From positions 12,478 through 76,477 of the forward strand of contig CACYHW010000004.1 of assembly GCA_902774335.1 (NCBI GenBank): 64,000 nucleotides of DNA, in the 5' to 3' direction. This document shows positions 12,169 through 18,058 of this stretch, piece after piece. The translations under genes were made by a program, and so were the position numbers. Position 1 is the stretch's first letter. The number at the start of each line of letters is the position of its first letter. Below the pieces are notes generated by a model. The model was not told the origin of the DNA, did not search any database, and worked only from the letters and a program-made list of their open reading frames with translations. The stretch is from an uncultured Bacteroidales bacterium. GTDB lineage: Bacteria > Bacteroidota > Bacteroidia > Bacteroidales > Bacteroidaceae.

Positions 12169-12188
12169 TGTCCTCAAAAACAAGAACT

Positions 12189-13373
12189 ATGGTAAAGAAT
12201 CTTAGTGACAAAGTAAAGTACATTGGTGTTGATGACCTTGATCTGGACCTGTTTGAGAGTCAGTATATCGTACCTGAAGGTATGGCGTATAACTCATATC
12301 TTATCCTTGACAGCAAGGTGGCCGTTATGGATACGGCCGATGCCCGCAAGGCAAGTGAGTGGAAGGCCAACCTCAAGGAGGCTCTTGCAGGCCGTCAGCC
12401 CGATTATCTGGTGGTGCACCATATGGAGCCCGACCACTCGGCACTGATTGCGTGGGCTCTCCAGGAGTATCCCGCACTTACCCTTGTGGCAAGCGCCAAG
12501 GCCATCCAGATGCTGTCACAGTTCTTTGAGAATATAGATGTTGAGGGCCGTACACTGCCCGTCAAGGAGGGCTCAGTGCTTGAACTGGGTTCTCACAGCC
12601 TCAAGTTCATTGCCGCTCCCATGGTACACTGGCCCGAGGTTATGGTATCGTTCGACGAGTCCGATGGTGCCCTGTACAGTGCTGATGCGTTCGGTAAGTT
12701 CGGCGCGCTGGACAAATGCGGATTCTATGGCCGTGACGATGATGACTGGAGCTGCGAGGCACGTCGCTACTATTTCAACATTGTAGGCAAGTACGGCGGT
12801 CCCGTGCGCACTCTGCTGGATAAGACAGCCGCTCTCGATATACGTACCATACGTCCGCTTCACGGTCCTATTCTTGAGGATAATCTGGGCGAGTACCTTG
12901 ACCTGTACAAGACATGGAGCAGCTATGCAGTGGAGACCGAGGGAATATTCATTGCGGTCGCTTCAATCCACGGCGGAACCATGGCTGCGGCTCAGAAGCT
13001 GGCCGAGATACTGCGTTCCAAGGGTGTTGAGCGTGTAGTGGTAAGCGATTTGTGCCGTTCGGACTTTGCCGAGAACGTGGAGGATGCCTTCCGTCACTCC
13101 AAGCTGGTGCTGGCCGCTTCGTCATACGATGCCGGCGTATTCACTCCCATGTATGAGTTCCTGCATCGCCTGCAGATCAAGGGATACTGCAACCGCAAGG
13201 TGGCTATCGTAGAGAACGGATCGTGGGCTCCGTCGGCCGGACGTGTCATGAAGGAGATGCTCTCATCAATGAGCAACATCGAAATAGTCGATCCCATGGT
13301 GACCATCCGCAGCCGCATGAAACAGGCCGATATTCCCGCTTTGGACAGCCTGGCAGATGCCCTTATAAGGTGA
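12189..13373 (+). CDS. FprA-type flavodiiron protein (metallo-beta-lactamase-like domain plus flavodoxin-like domain)
   Basis: Di-iron motif HHMEPDHS (HxExDH) in the N-terminal MBL fold, and a C-terminal flavodoxin-like domain. Divergent from the rubredoxin gene. Confidence 0.8.
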   Translation: MVKNLSDKVKYIGVDDLDLDLFESQYIVPEGMAYNSYLILDSKVAVMDTADARKASEWKANLKEALAGRQPDYLVVHHMEPDHSALIAWALQEYPALTLVASAKAIQMLSQFFENIDVEGRTLPVKEGSVLELGSHSLKFIAAPMVHWPEVMVSFDESDGALYSADAFGKFGALDKCGFYGRDDDDWSCEARRYYFNIVGKYGGPVRTLLDKTAALDIRTIRPLHGPILEDNLGEYLDLYKTWSSYAVETEGIFIAVASIHGGTMAAAQKLAEILRSKGVERVVVSDLCRSDFAENVEDAFRHSKLVLAASSYDAGVFTPMYEFLHRLQIKGYCNRKVAIVENGSWAPSAGRVMKEMLSSMSNIEIVDPMVTIRSRMKQADIPALDSLADALIR

Positions 13374-13422
13374 TATAACCCATATTTATGTCTCCCGTTG
13401 TTGTAAATACGGGAAAATGGTG

Positions 13423-13430
13423 TACCTTTG
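13423..13430 (+). promoter_or_regulatory. Candidate -7 promoter box (TACCTTTG) for tRNA-Val
   Basis: Matches TAnnTTTG, 23 nt upstream of the tRNA 5' end. Confidence 0.45.
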
Positions 13431-13452
13431 CCGCGAATACGGCAGATGTGCC

Positions 13453-13527
13453 GATCCTTTAGCTCAGTTGGTTTAGAGCGCTTGCTTGACAGGCAAGAGG
13501 TCAGCAGTTCAAATCTGCTAAGGATCA
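13453..13527 (+). tRNA. tRNA-Val (anticodon GAC)
   Basis: Hand-folded cloverleaf. Acceptor GATCCTT/AAGGATC, D arm GCTC..GAGC, anticodon arm CTTGC-TTGACAG-GCAAG, T arm AGCAG-TTCAAAT-CTGCT. 75 nt, CCA not encoded. Confidence 0.9.
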
Positions 13528-13579
13528 CAATCATTACCCGTAGGGGTGTATGAACTTGTTTGTTTAATCAATAGTTTAA

Positions 13580-14113
13580 ATGTTTGCAATTATGAAAACA
13601 AGAGAGTTTTGTTCTTTGGCAGCATCAATGGTAGCTGCATGTTTGCTTTTCGTTTCCTGTGACAAATCAGAGAAAGAGGTTTTTGTAAGTGAGATCGGAC
13701 AGTGGGAATACTCATCATCCGAGTATTACTATGACGGTCAGCGACTGGATTATGACGGAAGTGTGATAGGTATCTGGAAATCGGAGTCCGATGTATCATA
13801 CATGGTCAGTCACGGAAAACTGTCATTCAATGACAACGGAACCGGCCTGTTATTGGGAAGGGGTGAGTTTGAATCCGATGAATATGCCTACACCTATACC
13901 AGAACCGGTAATAAACTGAGTCTGAGAATACCTATTAAAGGTGAGCAGGTAATCCGTGAAATGGATATCCAGAAGGGTAAACTGACCATGGAGTACACTG
14001 TGGACGATGTTTACGGATGGTCCGAGGATAAAGCGGATAACGCCCGCGGAGCTGACGGTAATACAACTCATAAACTGAAATTGGTTGATTATTACATTCA
14101 AAAGCAAAAATAA
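13580..14113 (+). CDS. Hypothetical small lipoprotein (possibly lipocalin-like)
   Basis: Signal peptide plus lipobox LFVSC|DK. Alternative start at 13592 (MKTREF). The fold guess rests only on size and beta-rich composition. Confidence 0.6.
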   Translation: MFAIMKTREFCSLAASMVAACLLFVSCDKSEKEVFVSEIGQWEYSSSEYYYDGQRLDYDGSVIGIWKSESDVSYMVSHGKLSFNDNGTGLLLGRGEFESDEYAYTYTRTGNKLSLRIPIKGEQVIREMDIQKGKLTMEYTVDDVYGWSEDKADNARGADGNTTHKLKLVDYYIQKQK

Positions 14114-14116
14114 AAA

Positions 14117-14323
14117 ATGAGAAAGAATCCGGGATTCATTATTACCCTTTTGGCCGGAATGCTGTCTGTAACGGGCCTGCAGGCTCAGAACAGCGGTTTC
14201 TATGCAGTTGGAGGCACAAACCTTAAGTACAATGACAAGGAACTCCTGTTCCTGGAAGATGCCTACAAGGTCCTGGATGTGACGCTGAACCGTCTTTCGG
14301 CAGCTTTAGTGTATTACTTCTGA
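14117..14323 (+). CDS. Hypothetical small secreted protein (68 aa)
   Basis: N-terminal signal peptide (GLQAQ|N) and an aromatic C-terminus (...VYYF). Starts 3 nt after the preceding stop. May be a gene remnant. Confidence 0.4.
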   Translation: MRKNPGFIITLLAGMLSVTGLQAQNSGFYAVGGTNLKYNDKELLFLEDAYKVLDVTLNRLSAALVYYF

Positions 14324-14341
14324 TTAGTAGCACATAATAAC

Positions 14342-14369
14342 AAAGAGGCTTGGAAATCCAAGCCTCTTT
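14342..14369. terminator. Bidirectional hairpin between the 68-aa ORF and tRNA-Val(CAC)
   Basis: 12-bp perfect stem aaagaggcttgg-aaat-ccaagcctcttt. Confidence 0.55.
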
Positions 14370-14370
14370 G

Positions 14371-14445
14371 TGTTTCGTCGCGGATTCGAACCGCGGACCT
14401 CTTGCGTGTGAAGCAAGCGCTCTGAACCGGCTGAGCTAACGAAAC
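14371..14445 (-). tRNA. tRNA-Val (anticodon CAC)
   Basis: The reverse complement folds as acceptor GTTTCGT/ACGAAAC, D arm GCTC..GAGC, anticodon arm CTTGC-TTCACAC-GCAAG, T arm CGCGG-TTCGAAT-CCGCG. 75 nt. Confidence 0.9.
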
Positions 14446-14496
14446 GGCCTCTTTTAAAGCGACGGCAAATATACTCTTTTTTGAGATACCCTGCCG

Positions 14497-15240
14497 TTAT
14501 TCCCAATATTTTATCTCGCGCGTCTCGACATATTCCGGGAGACGGTTTTTGTTATAAGTACGGGCCTCGGTCCAGTTGCCGTGCTCGTCTGGATCAAAGT
14601 AGTCGGTATATACTATCTGCTCCTTGCGTTCGTCGCTGCGGGTTATATGTTTCTCGATAATGTTTCCGTCCTTGTCGTACATGTTGGTCTCCACTATATG
14701 CACGTTGCTCTTGTGGTCTATTATGGTTACGGTTTCGGGCAGACCCTTTGAGTTGGTACGTATTATGTTTTCGGATACAAGTATGCCGTCCTCGTAGACC
14801 AGTGACTTGTGGCGGCGCATAAAGGAACTCTCCTTTACCACCATGCGGATTATCTTGCCGCCGGCCTCCTTGGTGTACTCAAGCTGTCCTTTTTTGTCGG
14901 AAACAAGGTTGATGCGCGCGGTTATCCTGCCGCCGGCCTTCTGGGTACTGCGTATGCAAACGCCCTTCTCGAACATGCTCTCGGCCTCGGACTGGATACG
15001 GCCTCCGCTGTCTATCAGGGCCGAGCATATCTCGAATCCGTTAAGGTCGTAGACCGATTTTGTACTGAACATGACATCAGTTCCGGTATTGCCTGCATAC
15101 CACATCTCGGGCATGCGGTGATAGGTGAGGACTTCCTGAACCCTTCCGTTCATTCCGCCGAAGGGCCTGTCCTGGTAACCCTTGCCGGTGCAGGACAGGA
15201 TTGTTGTGACTATTATAATAAGGTAAGCGGCTTTTCTCAT
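14497..15240 (-). CDS. Hypothetical lipoprotein
   Basis: 247 aa. Signal peptide plus lipobox TILSC|TG. No recognisable catalytic motif. Confidence 0.65.
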   Translation of the reverse strand: MRKAAYLIIIVTTILSCTGKGYQDRPFGGMNGRVQEVLTYHRMPEMWYAGNTGTDVMFSTKSVYDLNGFEICSALIDSGGRIQSEAESMFEKGVCIRSTQKAGGRITARINLVSDKKGQLEYTKEAGGKIIRMVVKESSFMRRHKSLVYEDGILVSENIIRTNSKGLPETVTIIDHKSNVHIVETNMYDKDGNIIEKHITRSDERKEQIVYTDYFDPDEHGNWTEARTYNKNRLPEYVETREIKYWE

Positions 15241-15250
15241 GTTTTAGTTC

Positions 15251-15832
15251 TTATATGATATTCTGCTTTTTCATTTCAGTTACCGTGAGTTCCAACTCAT
15301 CGTACCACTCCTGCCCGAAACGGCGTATGAGCGGCTCTTTGAGGCACTTGTAGACGGGTATGTGCTCCCTGTGTCCCTTTATGACGGCAGCCTGGCACAC
15401 ATCCCAGCGGTCATAGTTAAGCCCAAGGTAGGGACCCAGTTTCTTGACTCGGATAGGGTACAGATGGCAGGAGACGGGTTTCATGAAATTTACCTTGCCC
15501 TCACGGTATGCCTTCTCGATGGCGCAGAAACAGCATCCGTTCTGATCGTAGCAGGTAAAGACGCAGTCCTTGCCGTTTACAATCTGTGTTACAAGCTCAC
15601 CCTCGGGGTCGGGGTAGGAGACTCCCTTGTCACTGATGACCTGGCGTGCCTGGGGTGACAGATCCTCCCAGATTACGGGAAGAAGTTCCTCAATCCGGGC
15701 TATCTCGTCGGTGGTGACGGGTGCGCCGGCGTCACCTTCAATGCAGCATGCGCCGTGACACTTCTTAAGGTCACAGCAGAACTCCTTGGTTATGACGTCG
15801 AGCGATACTATTGTGTCTTGGATCTGTACCAT
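15251..15832 (-). CDS. Cys-rich protein, DUF3109-like
   Basis: 193 aa. Cys clusters (FCCDLKKCHGACC, CVFTCYDQNGCCFC) as in the Bacteroidetes DUF3109 family. Family name is from memory. Confidence 0.55.
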   Translation of the reverse strand: MVQIQDTIVSLDVITKEFCCDLKKCHGACCIEGDAGAPVTTDEIARIEELLPVIWEDLSPQARQVISDKGVSYPDPEGELVTQIVNGKDCVFTCYDQNGCCFCAIEKAYREGKVNFMKPVSCHLYPIRVKKLGPYLGLNYDRWDVCQAAVIKGHREHIPVYKCLKEPLIRRFGQEWYDELELTVTEMKKQNII

Positions 15833-15901
15833 ATCCGGTTATCAGTCGTGAGGGCAAAATTAGTGATTTTATTGCTATATTAGCGGCAAATTATTCAAAT
15901 C

Positions 15902-16381
15902 ATGGGATCTGTTCTGCTGATTGTCATTGCCGTTATACTGGGCATAATAGGTATAGTAGGAAGCATCGTTCCGGGATTGCCCGGTCCTCCCATAGGCTGG
16001 GTGGGTATTCTGCTGGCTTACCTGAGCCACAAGCTGGGTGGAGCCGATATGACACTGACGTCGGTCCTGATATGGCTGGGTGTCACCATAGCCGTGACAG
16101 TGCTGGATTACATTGTCCCCGCCAAGTTCACGCAACTGGCGGGCGGAACCAAGGCAGGCAGCAACGGTGCGCTCATCGGCATGATAATCGGAATATTCTT
16201 TACTCCCATAGGTATGATACCGTGCAGCCTTGCAGGTGCGTTCATCGCCGAGTGGCTGCAGGCGGGACAGACTCCTGCGGCTGCGTTGAAATCGGCCCTG
16301 GGAACGTTTGTGGGTTTCCTGGCAGGTACGGGTATGAAGCTCATCGTGACGGTGTGGATGACATATTGCATCATTATCTGA
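15902..16381 (+). CDS. DUF456-like small membrane protein
   Basis: 159 aa with four hydrophobic helices and an N-terminal IVPGLPGPP motif typical of DUF456. The overlapping 197-aa ORF in another frame is rejected. Confidence 0.55.
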   Translation: MGSVLLIVIAVILGIIGIVGSIVPGLPGPPIGWVGILLAYLSHKLGGADMTLTSVLIWLGVTIAVTVLDYIVPAKFTQLAGGTKAGSNGALIGMIIGIFFTPIGMIPCSLAGAFIAEWLQAGQTPAAALKSALGTFVGFLAGTGMKLIVTVWMTYCIII

Positions 16382-16421
16382 TAAAACCTGTGTTTTGGGG
16401 ATAATCTTGACCGATATTGTT

Positions 16422-16429
16422 TAACTTTG
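16422..16429 (+). promoter_or_regulatory. Candidate -7 promoter box (TAACTTTG)
   Basis: Matches TAnnTTTG, 55 nt upstream of the ATG at 16484. Confidence 0.35.
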
Positions 16430-16483
16430 CGTGACCTGTAAAATATTATTTACGGATAATTACTCTTTAATTACACAATAGAA

Positions 16484-17521
16484 ATGAAAAAGAACATTCT
16501 TCTTGTTGCGGCTGTTATGATGTCGCTCACTGGTTTCGCCCAGTTCCCGGGCGGTGGTTTCGGTGGTGGTATGCCTCAGGGCGGTTTTGGCGGCGGTATG
16601 CCGATGGGCGGCTTTGGCGGCGGATTCGGCGGTCCTCAGGGCGGTGCCCAGGTTGAGTGCTCCGAGAAATTCACAGACATCAACTACGCCGGCGACGACG
16701 GTCAGGTTTATCACATGCTTGACATCTACCTGCCAAAGGAGGTTAAAGATAAATACCCTGTAGTTGTACACATCTACGGTAGCGCATGGGGCAGCAACAG
16801 CTCAAAGGGTATGGCCGATCTCAACACCATCGGTCAGGCTCTGCTCAATGCAGGTTATGCAGTGGTTTGCCCCAACCACCGTTCAATAGGTGACGCCAAG
16901 TGGCCCGCTCAGGTTAACGATATCAAGGCTGTTATCCGCTTTATCCGCGCTAACGCCGATAAGTACAAGTTCGATACTTCATTCATCGCAACTTCTGGTT
17001 TCTCATCAGGCGGTCACCTGAGTGCTGTTACAGCTCTGTCAAACAACGTAAAGATCGGTAAGTACGGCACAGCCGAGTATGATATTGAGGGTAACGTTGG
17101 TCCTTACACCAAGGAGTCCAGCTATGTAAACGCATTCTGCGACTGGTCAGGTCCCACAGAGCTCCTCCAGATGGAGTGCGGAAACGCTATGATATTCGGC
17201 GGCAAGGGTAACACTCCCGAGGAGCAGCTCATCGGCTCACCCAAGGAGGGTAATGAGGATAAGTTCATGCTTCTGAGCGCAACCGGTTTTCTGGATAAGA
17301 ACGACGTTGCCGGTTACATGTTCCACGGCGATGCCGATCCTATTGTTGCATCTTGCGTAAGCCAGTATCTGTATGACAAGATGCAGGAGGCAGGCGTTGA
17401 GAGCTACATCGTTCGCGTACCCGAGGGCAGCCACGGTGGTGCAGCCATGTACACCGAGGAGAACCTCAAGAAGATGGTTGACTTCCTGAACGCACAGCGC
17501 GCCAAGGCAGCAAAGAAATAA
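16484..17521 (+). CDS. Secreted alpha/beta hydrolase (esterase-like) with an N-terminal Gly-rich repeat linker
   Basis: Signal peptide, then FPGGGFGGGMPQGGFGGGMPMGGFGGGFGGPQGG. Oxyanion-region HIYGSAWG and nucleophile elbow GFSSGGH (GxSxG). Confidence 0.8.
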   Translation: MKKNILLVAAVMMSLTGFAQFPGGGFGGGMPQGGFGGGMPMGGFGGGFGGPQGGAQVECSEKFTDINYAGDDGQVYHMLDIYLPKEVKDKYPVVVHIYGSAWGSNSSKGMADLNTIGQALLNAGYAVVCPNHRSIGDAKWPAQVNDIKAVIRFIRANADKYKFDTSFIATSGFSSGGHLSAVTALSNNVKIGKYGTAEYDIEGNVGPYTKESSYVNAFCDWSGPTELLQMECGNAMIFGGKGNTPEEQLIGSPKEGNEDKFMLLSATGFLDKNDVAGYMFHGDADPIVASCVSQYLYDKMQEAGVESYIVRVPEGSHGGAAMYTEENLKKMVDFLNAQRAKAAKK

Positions 17522-17523
17522 TT

Positions 17524-17584
17524 AATGCAGCAGAAAAAAAGAGACGCAGGAGGGTCTCCTGCGTCTCTTTTTTTCTGCTGCATT
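17524..17584. terminator. 29-bp perfect palindrome (terminator core with extended A/T arms)
   Basis: aatgcagcagaaaaaaagagacgcaggag-ggt-ctcctgcgtctctttttttctgctgcatt, starting 3 nt after the hydrolase stop. Confidence 0.7.
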
Positions 17585-17590
17585 TCGAAA

Positions 17591-17609
17591 TAACTATGTT
17601 TTATAGTTA
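17591..17609. promoter_or_regulatory. Palindromic candidate BlaI-family operator 1 (TAACTAT-N5-ATAGTTA)
   Basis: Perfect 7-bp half sites with a 5-bp spacer, upstream of the blaI-like gene. Confidence 0.5.
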
Positions 17610-17629
17610 ATTTTTTGCCGAATCGTATT

Positions 17630-17648
17630 CAACTATAAAAAATAGTTG
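17630..17648. promoter_or_regulatory. Palindromic candidate BlaI-family operator 2 (CAACTAT-N5-ATAGTTG)
   Basis: Same AACTAT-N5-ATAGTT core as operator 1, centred 39 bp downstream of it and abutting the -7 box. Confidence 0.5.
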
Positions 17649-17656
17649 TATATTTG
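17649..17656 (+). promoter_or_regulatory. Candidate -7 promoter box (TATATTTG) for the blaI/blaR1-like operon
   Basis: Matches TAnnTTTG, 23 nt upstream of the ATG at 17679. Confidence 0.45.
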
Positions 17657-17678
17657 CCGTGTCAACCGATAAAAACTT

Positions 17679-18038
17679 ATGAAACGATTAAGTAAAAAAG
17701 AGGAGGAGATCATGGAACTGTTCTGGCAGAACGGGCCCATGACCGTAAGTGAGCTCAGGGAGCTTCTGCCCGAGCCCAAGCCTCATCAGAACACCATCTC
17801 TACCCAGGTGCGCCTGTTGGAGTCCAACGGCTTCCTGAGTCACAGTAAGGAGGGTATGGGGTACAGGTACCGCGCTGTCATTAGCCGGGACGAGTACAGT
17901 AACAAATCCATCGGCCGAATAGTTTCGCACTGCTTCGAGAACTCATATATAGATGCGGTGTCGGCGCTGGTCAAGGATGACAAGATAAGTGTCGATGAGC
18001 TTGAGGAGCTTATCAGACGCATCAAAGATGAGGGATAA
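17679..18038 (+). CDS. BlaI/MecI/CopY-family winged-helix transcriptional repressor
   Basis: 119 aa. N-terminal LSKKEEEIMELFW...TVSEL...ISTQVRLLESNGFL pattern of the Penicillinase_R family. Directly precedes an M56 peptidase gene. Confidence 0.85.
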   Translation: MKRLSKKEEEIMELFWQNGPMTVSELRELLPEPKPHQNTISTQVRLLESNGFLSHSKEGMGYRYRAVISRDEYSNKSIGRIVSHCFENSYIDAVSALVKDDKISVDELEELIRRIKDEG

Positions 18039-18058
18039 TTAAAAAAACAGAATATTCA

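Noticed and set aside
15811-16404. 197-aa plus-strand ORF overlapping the DUF456-like gene in another frame
   Set aside because: The translation is R/G/H-rich and non-membrane. The alternative frame (15902-16381) gives a coherent four-helix membrane protein with the family's GLPG motif.
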